Translations under genes and position numbers: made by a program
Assembly (NCBI GenBank): GCA_963708295.1
Contig: CAVPSJ010000008.1
Coordinates: 224,001-288,000 of the forward strand
Direction of reading: 5' to 3'
DNA: 64,000 nucleotides
Source: an uncultured delta proteobacterium
Lineage (GTDB): Bacteria; Desulfobacterota; BSN033; UBA1163
The notes under the pieces: generated by a model
Told to the model about the DNA's origin: nothing
What the model saw: only the letters and a program-made list of their open reading frames with translations
Database searches by the model: none
Shown here: piece after piece, positions 42,188 to 54,051 of the stretch
How the letters are laid out: every line of letters begins with the position of its first letter
Position numbering within the stretch: position 1 is the stretch's first letter

Positions 42188-44748
42188 TCAATAAATCGAA
42201 GAAAAATTCGCAGTCAAAGGGATATCAGATGCATCTCCGCCCCAACCCACTCCGTAGGGTGAACCGCCCGAGGAAGGGATGATCCACCAGATACCCGTGC
42301 TGGTTCCGTAAATAGCAACGTCTATCTTTCCGTCCCCATCATAATCTCCGGGGACGGGCTTGAATCCCGATCCGCCCCAACCTTTTCCATAGGCCCCAGC
42401 ACCCGCAGAGGGAATAATCCACCAAGCGCCAGCGGTGGTATCGTAGATCGCGATGTCGGTCTTTCCGTCACCGTCATAATCCCCGGGAACGGGTTTGAAC
42501 ACTGATCCACCCCAGCCCACTCCATAAGCCCCAATACCCGATGAAGGAATGATCCACCAAGCACCGCTTGTGGTATCGTAGATGGCGATGTCCGTTTTTC
42601 CATCGCCGTCATAATCTGCGGGAACAGGTGCGAATCCGGATCCACCCCATCCGACTCCGTAGGCCGGAGCGCCGGAAGAGGGGATAATCCACCAGGCGCC
42701 GCCAGCTGGTATCGTAGATGGCAATGTCGGTCTTTCCATCTCCGTCGTAGTCTCCAGGCACGGGTTTGAAAGCTGACCCACCCCATCCGACTCCGTATGC
42801 CTTGGAGCGCCGGAAGAAGGGGTGATCCACCAGACACCGGTATTGCCCCGGTAGAATGCGATATCGCTCTTTCCATCGCCGTCATAATCTCCAGCGACAG
42901 GTATGTCTGAAGAGAATCTCCACCCCAACCTACTCCGTAAGGGGGGCTACCCGCAGACGGATGAATATACCAGGCCCCATTGCTGGCTCGATAGATCGCA
43001 ATATCCGTCTTCCCATCGGAATCGAAGTCAGCAATTCCTTTCCTGATACTCAACGAAGCGAGACTTTCTGCATTACCCAACGCATTCTGAGATTTGACCT
43101 GTCCAAGATATGGGACAAACCAGCATAGATTGTGCTTGAATCGTTAGGATCGATGGCCAGGCTTCGGACATCGGCTCTCGGTCAGTCCGGAGCTAATGGG
43201 GTTCCAAGTTGTGCCCCCATCGACGGTCTTATCTACTCCTCCATATTCCGGCGTAGACAGTGCTTGAATTGCTAGGATCGATGGCCAGGCTTCGGACATA
43301 TGTATAGCTCAGGCCGGAGTTAATGGGGTTCCAGGTGCCACCGCCATTTATGCTCTTGAATACTCCTCCGCCTTCCGTCCCGGCATAGACTCTACTTGGA
43401 TCGTCGGGATCAATGACCAGTGTATTGACATAGCTGTTGGTAAGCCCGGAGTTGCTGGGGTTCCAGGTTGTGCCCCCATCGACGGTCTTGAAAACTCCAC
43501 CGCCTAATGTCCCAGCATAGATAATGTTTGAATTGCTCGGGTCAATGGCCAGGCTATTGACAAAGCTGCTGTGAAGTCCGGAATTGACGGGACTCCAGGT
43601 GTCGCCCCCGTTGGTGCTCTTGGAAACCCCGCTCAAAGTTCCAGCGTAGATAGTGCTCGAATTGACGGCATCGATGGCCAGGCTAAGGACACTGGTGTTG
43701 GTCAATCCGGAATTGACGGGACTCCAGGTGTCACCCCCATCGGTGCTCTTGAAAACCCCGCCGCAAGTTCCAGCATAGACCGTGCTTGAATTGCTGGGAT
43801 CGATGGCCAGGCTACGGACATCGGTACTGCTGAGTCCGGAATTAATGGGGTTCCAGGTGCCACCTCCATTGACGCTCTTGAAAACTCCTCCGCCGTTAGT
43901 TCCAGCATAGACTGTGCTTGAATTGCTGGGATCGATGGCCAGAGCCCTGACTTGGGTGCTGGCTAGTCCGGAATTGATGGGGTTCCAGGTGCCGCCTCCA
44001 TGGTCTGCTTCGAAAACTCCCACCGTCATAAGTTCCGGCATAGATTGTGCTTGAATTGCTGGGATCAATGGCCAGGGTTTAGACAGAGGCGGCAGTCAGT
44101 CCGGAATTGATGGGGTTCCAGGAGTCACCTCCATTGGTGCTCTTGAAAACACCTCCCGCGTCAGTTCCAGCATAGATTGTGGTTGGGTTGCTGGGATCGA
44201 TGGCCAGGCTTCGGACATGGAGGTCTGTCAATCCTGAACCGGTTTGAATCCAGGTATCACCCCCATTGGTGCTCTTGCATACGCCACCTTGAATCGTTCC
44301 AGCATAGATTGTGTTTGGATTGCTCGGGTCGATGGCCAGAGTATTGACATACATCATAGCCAGTCCGTAATTGATACGGTTCCAGGTATCACCCCCGTTG
44401 GTGCTTTTGAAAACTCCGTCAAAGCCAGGAGTCCCAGCATAGATCGTGCTTGGATTGTTCGGATCGATGACTCAGCGCCCGGATGGGGGTGCCGGTCAGT
44501 CCGGAATCGCTGAGGCTCCAGTTATCACCCCCATTTGTGCTTTTGAAAACCCCGCCCCCGTCAGATCCGGCAAAGACTATGCTTGAGTTGTTTGGATCGA
44601 TGGCGATGGACGGAACACTATCTCCTTCAGGGCCAATAGTTTTCCATTTTAGTCCGGCATGGCAGAAATCAGGAATGAAAAACCCCGATATTATAGCCAA
44701 CGCCCAGAATGTCGCAGCAGAAATAAGGACTCCGTTGACTCTTTTCAT
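42188..44748 (-). CDS. Secreted BNR/Asp-box repeat protein with six FG-GAP-like repeats (multiple frameshifts)
   Basis: Signal peptide MKRVNGVL...; repeated SLAIDPSNSSTVYAGT.GGGVFKS.DGG.TW...NSGL; tail ends PLTANFSSIY. Confidence 0.78.
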
Positions 44749-44795
44749 CACTGCTCCCCCCGATTCTTCGGATAGTCCAATAAACCCGGCCATAG

Positions 44796-47700
44796 CTATT
44801 GTCTGATCGGTTCATCATTATAAGGAGCATATCCTGTACCCCACTGGGTCGCCGTCATGCTCCCATCCTTCGAATTGATGATATACCAATATCCATCCTC
44901 GGGGCGCCAAATGGCTATATCTGTTTTTCCATCGCCATCGTAATCTCCGGTAACAGGCGTGAATCCAGATCCGCCCCAGCCCACTCCATAGGCCCCCACT
45001 TGTCCTTGCGGTCCTGCACCGGAGGAGGGAATAATCCACCAGCCACCACTGACATTATCGTAGATGGCGATGTCGGTTTTCCCGTCACCGTCATAATCCC
45101 CGGGCACAGGTTTGAAAGCTGACCCGCCCCAACCGACTCCGTAAGCTGGAATACCGGAAGAGGGAATGATCCACCATGCACCTGTGTTGGTTTCGTAAAT
45201 GGCAATATCGGTTTTCCCATCTCCGTCATAATCTCCAGTCACAGGTTGAAAAGCGGATCCGCCCCAGCCGACTCCATAAGCCGCAGCACCTGAGGACGGG
45301 ATGACCCACCAGGCACCCCCGGTGGTATCGTAGATGGCAATGTCGGTCTTTCCATCTCCGTCATAATCCCCAGGAACGGGCTTGAAAGCTGATCCACCCC
45401 AGCCGACTCCGTAGGCTCCTACTTGACCTTGCGGTCCTACGCCGGAGGAGGGGATGATCCACCAGGTGCCGGTATTGCCCCGGTAGAAAGCGATATCGCT
45501 CTTTCCGTCTCCGTCATAATTTCCGGCGACAGGTATGTCTGAAGGATCTCCACCCCAGCCTACTCCGTAGGCCGAACTGGTAGAAGAGGGGATGATCCAC
45601 CAGGCGCCCGTGCTCCCACGATACACGGCGATATCTGTCTTCCGATCCCCATCAAAATCAACAACGGGGCCAAGGGGCCTGAGATAGAACATCCTTACAG
45701 ATTCAAAGAGGGAGTTAGAGCCATTGTCTAGGCCACCTGTCGCATAACCTCTTGCACGCACATAATGATTTTGATTGAGGGGAAGGGAAAATCCCGTGAA
45801 CATCCATCCGCCGTCGATCCTCGTCCCATTGCCGATGTTTGTCCATGTGACTCCATCGGGGGAATGCTCAAACGTGACTCCCCATACCTCAGGGCTTGCC
45901 TGCTCTCTCATCCAGGTGACCGTAATGCCATTTAAAGAGACCGTCAGCTCCTGAAAACCTGCATGAGTGTTCGTGAGTCGGGCGATGTGGTTTCTCTCCA
46001 CCCCGCCAATATCGGTAAAACTGCCCCCGATCAGGATCTTGCCGTCTGCCTGGATGGCAATGGGATAGATAAGGCCATTTGCATCGGGGCTAAAACCAGT
46101 ATCGAGGGTGCCGTTCTGGTTAAGCCTGGCAATGTGGTTTTTCTCCACCCCCCCAATCGTACCGAAATAGCCTCCTATCAGGATCTTGCCGTCTGCCTGA
46201 AGAGAGATGGCAAAGACAGTGCCATTTGCGTTGGGGTTAAAGTCTGTATCGAGGGTGCCGCTTTGGTTCAGCCGGGCGATGTAGTTTCTCTCCACCCCGC
46301 CAACGGCGGTGAAAAAACCCCCGATCAGGATCTTCCCGCCTGCCTGGAGCACAATGGAAAAGACATAGTTATCTGCAGCGGGGTCGAAATTTGTATCGAG
46401 GTTGCCGTCTGCGCTAAGCCGGGCGATGCGGTTTCTCTCCACTCCCCCGATGGCGGTGAAGGGACCCCCGATCAGGATCTTGCCGTCTGCCTGAATGGCG
46501 ATGGAAAAGACAGCGCCATTTGCATTGGGGTTAAAGTCTGTATCGAGGGTGCCGTTTTGGTTCAGCCGGGCGATGTAGTTTCTCTCCACCCCGCCAACGG
46601 CGGTGAAAAAACCCCCGATCAAAATCTTCCCGTCTGCTTGGATGACGATGGAGATGACAGCGCCATTTACATCGGAGTTAAAGTCTGTATCGAGGGTGCC
46701 GTTTTGGTTCAGCCGGGCGATGTAGCATTTCTCTGCCCCGCCAATAGTATTGAATTCCCCTCCCGTCAGGATCTTACCGTCTGGCTGGAGGGCAATGGAA
46801 CCAATAACGCCATTTGCATTGGGGTCAAAGCCTGAATCGACGCTTCCGTCCAGATTCAGCCGGGCTATGTAGTTTCGCTCGACTCCGCCAATAGTGGTGA
46901 ATTCACCCCCGATCAGGATCTTCCCGTCTGCATCCACTGCGATGGAACGGACATAGGAATTTGCGTTGGGATTTAAGTCTGCATCGATCGAGCCGTCCGG
47001 GTGGACTCGAGCTATCCGGTTTCTTTCCACTCCGCCGACGGTGGTGAATTCCCCTCCGATCAGGATCTTCCCGTCCGCCTGGATTGCGATAGAATTTACC
47101 GAGGAACTCGCATTAGGATTAAAGTTTGTATCGAGGGTGCCGTCCGAGTAAAGGCGGGCTATTTGGTTTCTTTCTGCTCCGCTAATTGTGTGAAAAGTAC
47201 CCCCCACAAGAATCTTCCCATCCGCCTGTATTGCGACGGAAAAAACGCCTAACCCTGCATTCGGATTGAAACCCTCATCTAGGGTTCCATTCTGGTGGGC
47301 CCGGGATAAGTAATATCTTGTGACTGTGCCAATGATACCAAAACCTCCACCTATTATTATTCTGCCGTCTGCCTGTATTGCGATGGAAACGACAGCACCA
47401 CCGGCTACATTCAGGTTGAAGTCTTCCTCTATGGTTCCGTCTGGGTGAAGTCGGGCTATGCTATTTCTTATCGCTCCATCAATCGTGGTGAAATCACCCC
47501 CAACCAGTATTTTAGCATCTTGCTGGACTTTAATAGACCAAACAGTGCCATTGGCATCCGGATTAAAGGATGTATCGAGGCCTCCATCCGAATTAAGCCG
47601 GGCGATCCGGTTTCTTGTTATTCCGCCGATCGTGGTGAAAGTACCCCCGAGCAGGATCCTGCCGTCTGCCTGGAGGGCGATGGAATTGACACCGTCATTC

Positions 47701-48116
47701 GCATCGGGGTTAAAATCGATGTCAAGGGTGCCGTCTGAGTTGAGCCGTGCGATCCGGTTTCTCGTTGTTCCGCCCATGGTGGTGAAGTAGCCTCCTACCA
47801 GTATCTGCCCGTCTGCCTGGACGGCGATGGAATTGACACTCTCACCGACACTCCCACCTGCGTTTGGGTTAAAATCAGTATCGAGGGTGCCGTCTGAGTT
47901 AAGCCGGGCGATGCGATTTCTCTCTACCCCGCCAACGGTGGTGAAATAGCCGCCGAGCAGGATCTTGCCGTCTGCCTGGAGGACGATGGAATTGATAGGG
48001 CCGTTTGCATTGGGGTTGAAGCCGTCAATAGCAGATACAGAGTAGGCGATTCCCGGCACTACCAGTCCCAGTAGGGAAAGGAAAACCAATAATAGTGGTA
48101 CTCTCTTTTTCTTCAT
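44796..48116 (-). CDS. Secreted delta-60-like repeat protein with six FG-GAP-like repeats
   Basis: Signal peptide; about 14 copies of SIAIQADGKILIGG.FT..GG.ERN.IARLN.DGTLD..FNP. Confidence 0.88.
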   Translation of the reverse strand: MKKKRVPLLLVFLSLLGLVVPGIAYSVSAIDGFNPNANGPINSIVLQADGKILLGGYFTTVGGVERNRIARLNSDGTLDTDFNPNAGGSVGESVNSIAVQADGQILVGGYFTTMGGTTRNRIARLNSDGTLDIDFNPDANDGVNSIALQADGRILLGGTFTTIGGITRNRIARLNSDGGLDTSFNPDANGTVWSIKVQQDAKILVGGDFTTIDGAIRNSIARLHPDGTIEEDFNLNVAGGAVVSIAIQADGRIIIGGGFGIIGTVTRYYLSRAHQNGTLDEGFNPNAGLGVFSVAIQADGKILVGGTFHTISGAERNQIARLYSDGTLDTNFNPNASSSVNSIAIQADGKILIGGEFTTVGGVERNRIARVHPDGSIDADLNPNANSYVRSIAVDADGKILIGGEFTTIGGVERNYIARLNLDGSVDSGFDPNANGVIGSIALQPDGKILTGGEFNTIGGAEKCYIARLNQNGTLDTDFNSDVNGAVISIVIQADGKILIGGFFTAVGGVERNYIARLNQNGTLDTDFNPNANGAVFSIAIQADGKILIGGPFTAIGGVERNRIARLSADGNLDTNFDPAADNYVFSIVLQAGGKILIGGFFTAVGGVERNYIARLNQSGTLDTDFNPNANGTVFAISLQADGKILIGGYFGTIGGVEKNHIARLNQNGTLDTGFSPDANGLIYPIAIQADGKILIGGSFTDIGGVERNHIARLTNTHAGFQELTVSLNGITVTWMREQASPEVWGVTFEHSPDGVTWTNIGNGTRIDGGWMFTGFSLPLNQNHYVRARGYATGGLDNGSNSLFESVRMFYLRPLGPVVDFDGDRKTDIAVYRGSTGAWWIIPSSTSSAYGVGWGGDPSDIPVAGNYDGDGKSDIAFYRGNTGTWWIIPSSGVGPQGQVGAYGVGWGGSAFKPVPGDYDGDGKTDIAIYDTTGGAWWVIPSSGAAAYGVGWGGSAFQPVTGDYDGDGKTDIAIYETNTGAWWIIPSSGIPAYGVGWGGSAFKPVPGDYDGDGKTDIAIYDNVSGGWWIIPSSGAGPQGQVGAYGVGWGGSGFTPVTGDYDGDGKTDIAIWRPEDGYWYIINSKDGSMTATQWGTGYAPYNDEPIRQ

Positions 48117-48225
48117 GATGGATTTTTCCTCAAGGAAGTGCCGACAATCAAATTAAGAGCACATCCCATCTTTTCTTGACACAGCTTTCTACTGCTCCTG
48201 GATAAAGTCATAATAAGGGTCATAG

Positions 48226-51200
48226 TCACTTGCAGATTGGTTCGTCATTATAGGGAGCATATCCTGCACCCCACTGGGTCGCCGTCATGCTCCCATCCTT
48301 CGAATTGATGATATACCAATATCCATCCTCGGGGCGCCAAATGGCTATATCTGTTTTTCCATCGCCATCGTAATCTCCGGTAACAGGCGTGAATCCAGAT
48401 CCGCCCCAGCCCACTCCATAGGCCCCCACTTGTCCTTGCGGTCCTGCACCGGAGGAGGGAATAATCCACCAGCCACCACTGACATTATCGTAGATGGCGA
48501 TGTCGGTTTTCCCGTCACCGTCATAATCCCCAGGCACAGGTTTGAAAGCTGACCCGCCCCAACCGACTCCGTAAGCTGGAATACCGGAAGAGGGAATGAT
48601 CCACCATGCACCTGTGTTGGTTTCGTAAATGGCAATATCGGTTTTCCCATCTCCGTCATAATCTCCAGTCACAGGTTGAAAAGCTGATCCGCCCCAGCCG
48701 ACTCCATAAGCCGCAGCACCTGAGGACGGGATGACCCACCAGGCACCCCCGGTGGTATCGTAGATGGCAATGTCGGTCTTTCCATCTCCGTCATAATCCC
48801 CAGGAACGGGCTTGAAAGCTGATCCACCCCAGCCGACTCCGTAGGCTCCTACTTGACCTTGCGGTCCTACGCCGGAGGAGGGGATGATCCACCAGGTGCC
48901 GGTATTGCCCCGGTAGAAAGCGATATCGCTCTTTCGATCGCCGTCATAATCTCCGGTGACAGGTATGTCTGAAGGATCTCCACCCCAGCCTACACCGTAG
49001 GCCGAACCGGTAGAAGAGGGGATGATCCACCAGGCGCCCGTGCTCACACGATACACGGCGATATCTGTCTTCCCATCCCCATCAAAATCATAAGGGACAC
49101 CAATGGCCGGAGAAGCATTGGTTGCATACTTCAGGTCCGCGTTGTATCGATCATAGTAGCTGATGTGAACTTTGTTTTTCGAATCAACGGCTATGGAATT
49201 GAACCACCCGACATCCCCTGTACTGTCGACAGTTATTGTCTCCCATAAACCCGAGACATTGTTCGCGTACTTGAGGTGGAAATTAGTTTCATCGAGATAG
49301 CTGATATGGACCTTATTGTTTGAGTCAACGGCTATCGTGAGGCTGCCGCCTACATCGCCCGCGCTGTCGATGACGAATGTTTCCCATGAACCTGAGGCAT
49401 TGGTCGTATATTTAAGGTCACCGTTCACATCATCATAGAAGCCGATGTGGACTTTGTTGATTGAATCAACGGCTATGGAGCTGATCGATCCCGTCTCCGA
49501 GGTTTCGATGCTAAACGTTTCCCACAAACCGGAAGCATTGGTTGCATATTTGAGATTGAGATTCGTTATATCAAAATAATTAATATGAACTTTGTTGTTT
49601 GAATCGATGGCTATCGACCTCGAGCTGACACCCGGTGCCACGTCTCCTGCATCAATAGTAAATGTTTCCCACGACCCTGAGGCGTTAGTGGCATATTTGA
49701 GATCATAATTGGGAGTGCTATCACAATAGCTGATGTGGACTTTATTGTTGGAATCGACGGCTATTGAAGTAACTCCTCCTCCCCAATCTGCACCGTCAAT
49801 CGTAGATGTTTCCCATGAGCTGGAGGCATTGGTTGCATACTTGAGTGCTGGGGTATAATTATCGCGGTAGCTAATGTGTACCTTATTATTCGAATCTACT
49901 GCAATCGATGTGTCTGAGCCCACATTATAAGAACTGTCAATAGTAACTGTCTGCCATGAACCTGAGGCATTGGTCGCATACTTCAGATCCCCGGGCAATG
50001 GATCATAGTAGCTTATGTGGATCTTGTTATTTGAATCGATCGCAATAGAATTGGACTTCGGTCCTATGCTCTCTATACTGTCAATAGTGGATATCTTCCA
50101 CCCGGATGCCCTCGAAACGTTTGAAAGTTTCAGCACCAAGATGTCATCCCCTCCGCTGTGAGCATGGAGCGGACTCTGTCCGGCTGGACCGTCCCAGGTT
50201 TGAGAACCAGATCCGGTGACATAGAGGTTTGCGCTTCCATCTGTGGCAATGCCAACGCCTCCTTTAGAACTAGTTGACCCATAGAAGGTGTGCCACTGGT
50301 AGGCGCCGCTGCTGTCGAGTTTCAGCACAACGATGTCATGGTTTCCGCTATGGGCATGGAGCGGGGTCTCTCCAGCTGGGCCGTTCCAGGCTGCGTCGCT
50401 GCTTCCCGTGACATAGACGTTTCCGCTCCCGTCTATGGCAATGCCATAGGCCGTAATCAGCAATACCGCTTGACCCATAGAAGGTGTGCCACTGGTAGGC
50501 GCCGTTGCTATCGAGTTTCAGCGCAAAGATGTCCCAGTCCGAGCCTCCGCTATGGGGATGGAGCGGGCTCTGTCCGGCCGGACCGTTCCAGGTTGCAACG
50601 CTGCCTCCGGTAACATAGACATTCCTGCTTTCGTTGGTGGCAATTGCAATGCGGACATCGCGAATACTCGACCCGTAGAAGGTGTGCCACTGGTAGGCGC
50701 CGCCGTCATCGAGTTTCAGCACAAAGATGTCCACATCTCCGGAATGTGGATGGAGCGGGGCCTGCTCTGTTGGCGCCGTCCCAGGTCGCGTCGCTACGTC
50801 CCGCGACATAGAGGTTTCCGCCTCCGTCGGCGGCAACGCCAACGCTATGATCCGAGCTACTTGATCCATAGAAGGTGTGCCACTGGTAGGCTCCGTTGCT
50901 ATCGAGTTTCAGGACAAAGATATCATCGAGCCCGCTGTAAGCATGGAGCGAGTTCTCTCCGACTGGCCCGTTCCAGGTCGAATAGCTGTCTCCGGTAACA
51001 TAGACATTTCCGCTTCGGTCTGTGGCAATGCCAAAGGCTTGATCATGAAGATTTGACCCATAGAAGGTGTGCCACTGGTAGGCGCCGCTGCTATCGAGTT
51101 TCAGCACAAAGATGTCAAAGCTGCTTCCGCTGAACGCATGGAGCGGGCTCTGTCCGGCCGGGCCGTTCCAGGTTGCAACGCTGTCTCCAGTTACATAGAC

Positions 51201-52158
51201 ACTCCCGCTTCCGTCGGTGACAATTGCAGTGCCGACATCGGGAATACTCGACCCGTAGAAGGTATGCCACTGGTAGGTGCCGCCGCTGTCGAGTTTCAGC
51301 ACAAAGATGTCCACATCACCTGAATGCGCATGGAGCGGGGCCTGCCCTGCTGGCCCGTTCCAGGTACCGTCGCTACGTCCCGTGACATATAGATTTCCGT
51401 TTCCGTCTGTGGCAATGGAATCGCCTTCTTCAGAGCTACTTGACCCATAGAAGGTGTGCCACGCATAGGTCGGGTCGATGGTGAGCGGGTAGTTGGGGTC
51501 GTATGAACCCACGCTGAACCCGACCTCGCCCCCCTTCACCCTGAAGGCCACGGCCACCGGCACACGCTCCCCCCCAATCTCCTGCCATGCCACCGGGGGC
51601 GACTCCGTTAGGTAGCCCCGGTCAAACTTGAATTTGAGTGAGCCGTCCCTCTGCACCTCCACCGGGTACGTTATACCCCAGCCGGATCTTCGATACGTCC
51701 GACCCAAGGTCCAATATCGATACGTGCTCTCAGCGATTCCACCCTCTCTGGCTTCATACGTCAGGCTGATCCCCTCCCAGAGCTCCTCATAAACCACCCT
51801 GCGAAGAGTTGGAACCTTCGGCTTATTGCCCGTCTCCCCTCCTTCTGCAGCCGTCTTCGGCATCACCCCCGGCGTGCCAAGAAACTCAACGCTCAGCGCA
51901 TGATCCAGGGAAGCAAAGTATACCTTCTTGGGTTGAAAACCCAGGAGGTGGCCTCCTGCCTTGAACTGCACCGTATCAGTTCCTGCCCCCCGGCCGCTTA
52001 TTGCAACACTCTCGCCCCTGAGCCGACCTGAGCTGACCCCTGCAACCCCGGTGCGGCGGAACCAATAGGATCCCGATAGACCTACCTCAATGGAAGGTAC
52101 AAAGATCACCCCAAAAAGCCGCAATCAACAGAACCGATAGAGAATATTCCTTTCTCAT
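48226..52158 (-). CDS. Secreted SBBP-like beta-propeller protein with a second repeat domain and six FG-GAP-like repeats (multiple frameshifts)
   Basis: ATG at 52158 with GGAGG RBS and signal peptide; YDPNYPLTIDP, repeated WHTFYGS/GNVYVTG/DIFVLKL; repeated SIAVDSNNKVHISY/LKYATNASGSW. Confidence 0.78.
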
Positions 52159-52324
52159 GGACCCCCTCCTTAAATCAAGAGTCTGATTATGATCGTATGA
52201 TGCAATTTGTGTTGCAGTCGGAGCTTTCGTAAAAAGATATTCGACCAGCACGGCGATGGATTGCTACCTAAGTTGTTTCCAAGACACTTTTGTGCGGGGT
52301 AACATCCCATTTTTCACCCGAAGC

Positions 52325-52414
52325 AAAAAGTAAAGCCAGGCATCAAGTTAGTATTGATACCAGGCTTTGTTCATGTACTGTTCCACCGTTCTCGCGTCAC
52401 GTAAGAGAAAAGGC
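52325..52414 (-). promoter_or_regulatory. Leader motif plus terminator upstream of the first array gene
   Basis: Minus strand gccttttctcttacgtgacgcgagaacggtggaa, then stem aaagcctggtatcaa/ttgatgcctggcttt and a U-tract; TTGACA further upstream (52485-52490). Confidence 0.55.
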
Positions 52415-52804
52415 TGAACCGGCAAATCATTGAGAAGAACTTCTCAGAAAGTTTTAGTTGTTTAATACACCCAACAAGAATTTTTGTCAACTGTTTTTTT
52501 GCGGATGTATAAACATCTGTAAGTAGCTGTTAAGATGCGATAATTTTTGAGGTATCAGAATAAGTGAGTAGACGCTATTTTCCGAATCTTCATCGCTCTC
52601 GGCACGCCAATTGGCTGCGCCCTATATGGGAGCAATCCGGTTTATTCCTTGCCGAGTCATATCGTAAGATCGAACATCGTCATCGTGTCATGGTACACCG
52701 TGAAGACCTCCTGCCGCCGTATGATCTCCTATGATTTTTTTCTTTTTTGGGTCAATGAAATCCGTTATAATAGTCCCGCCTAAGCATAAGAGGAGGAAAA
52801 TGGA

Positions 52805-53977
52805 ATGAAGATCCATGAATATCAGGCGAAAGAGATCCTGAAGAGTTACGGGGTTCCTGTTCCCAGGGGCAGGGTTGCTGAAACACCGGAAGAAGCCGGA
52901 AGAATTGCCAAAGAGATCGGAACGGAGACGATCGTCGTGAAAGCGCAGATTCATGCGGGAGGAAGAGGGAAAGGGGGAGGGGTCCAGGTTGTTCATTCGG
53001 CACACCAGGCACAGAATGCAGCGAAAAAGATATTGGGAATGACTCTGGTCACCCACCAGACGGGACCTGCAGGCAGGATTGTCCGGAAGGCCCTGATTGA
53101 GGAGGGAGTGGAAATCGAGGAGGAGCTTTATCTGGGGATGGTGGTTGACCGGTCAGAAGCCTGTCCAGTAATCATGGCGAGCCGGGAAGGGGGCGTGGAG
53201 ATCGAGAAGGTGGCTGCGGAATCTCCCAACAAGATCATCAAGGAATGGATAAGCCCCGTCACAGGCCTCAGGCCTTTTCATCCCAACAAGATTGGTTTCG
53301 GACTGGGGCTTGAACTGAATCAGGTAGGAAAAATGCGAGGGATCCTTTCCGGGCTTTACAAGGCATTTATTGAGAAGGATTGCCTCCTTGTAGAGATAAA
53401 CCCGCTGGTCCTGACGAAGGGCGGTGATTTGATCGCCCTCGATGCAAAGATCAATTTTGACGACAACGGACTCTTCCGTCACAAAGAAATTGCGGCACTC
53501 CGGGACCTTAATGAAGAAGATCCCCTCGAGATCGAGGCATCGAAATATAATTTGAATTACATCAAGCTGGATGGGAACGTGGGCTGTATGGTGAACGGGG
53601 CCGGGCTTGCCATGGCCACGATGGACATTATCAAGTTGGCTGGAGCTGACCCGGCCAATTTTCTTGATGTCGGGGGCGGCGCTACAGCGGAGATGGTAAA
53701 GAACGGCTTCGAAATCCTTATGTCTGACAAGGACGTGAAGGTGGTCTTAATCAATATCTTCGGCGGGATTCTAAGATGTGACACCCTGGCCGAAGGCGTA
53801 ACGGAAGCTGTTTCTGAGGTGAAAGTGAAGGCGCCGGTGGTGGTCAGACTCGAAGGGACCAATGTTGAGGAGGGGCGGAGGATTCTCAACGAGTCGGGGT
53901 TGAATTTTATTGTTGCCCAAGAGATGAAAGAGGCAGCCGAGAAAGTGGTGGAAGCATTGAAGAAAGCTCAAAGCTGA
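52805..53977 (+). CDS. sucC: Succinyl-CoA synthetase beta subunit
   Basis: [49 protein letters not shown]. Confidence 0.96.
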   Translation: MKIHEYQAKEILKSYGVPVPRGRVAETPEEAGRIAKEIGTETIVVKAQIHAGGRGKGGGVQVVHSAHQAQNAAKKILGMTLVTHQTGPAGRIVRKALIEEGVEIEEELYLGMVVDRSEACPVIMASREGGVEIEKVAAESPNKIIKEWISPVTGLRPFHPNKIGFGLGLELNQVGKMRGILSGLYKAFIEKDCLLVEINPLVLTKGGDLIALDAKINFDDNGLFRHKEIAALRDLNEEDPLEIEASKYNLNYIKLDGNVGCMVNGAGLAMATMDIIKLAGADPANFLDVGGGATAEMVKNGFEILMSDKDVKVVLINIFGGILRCDTLAEGVTEAVSEVKVKAPVVVRLEGTNVEEGRRILNESGLNFIVAQEMKEAAEKVVEALKKAQS

Positions 53978-54051
53978 AGGGTGAAAGCTGAACGCCCAGT
54001 GATTGCTTTGAGCATTGAGCTTTGAACTTTGAGCTTATGTCCGGAGGAAGT

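Noticed and set aside
42188-44748. Phase variation or true pseudogenisation of the BNR-repeat gene
   Set aside because: Cannot be separated from the indel errors that also break aspS and tyrS; no long slippage tracts at the shift sites.
44799-49090. Near-identical tails as a DGR template/variable repeat pair
   Set aside because: No reverse transcriptase in the window, both copies are coding, and the differences are not clearly adenine-specific.
52325-52440. c-di-GMP-I riboswitch
   Set aside because: Lacks the GGCAAA...GAAA...GACGCAAAGC core; reported instead as an unnamed motif.
52599-52617. Sigma54 promoter-like CGGCACGCCAATTGG
   Set aside because: The -12 position is GG rather than GC, and sucC has a nearer TATAAT.
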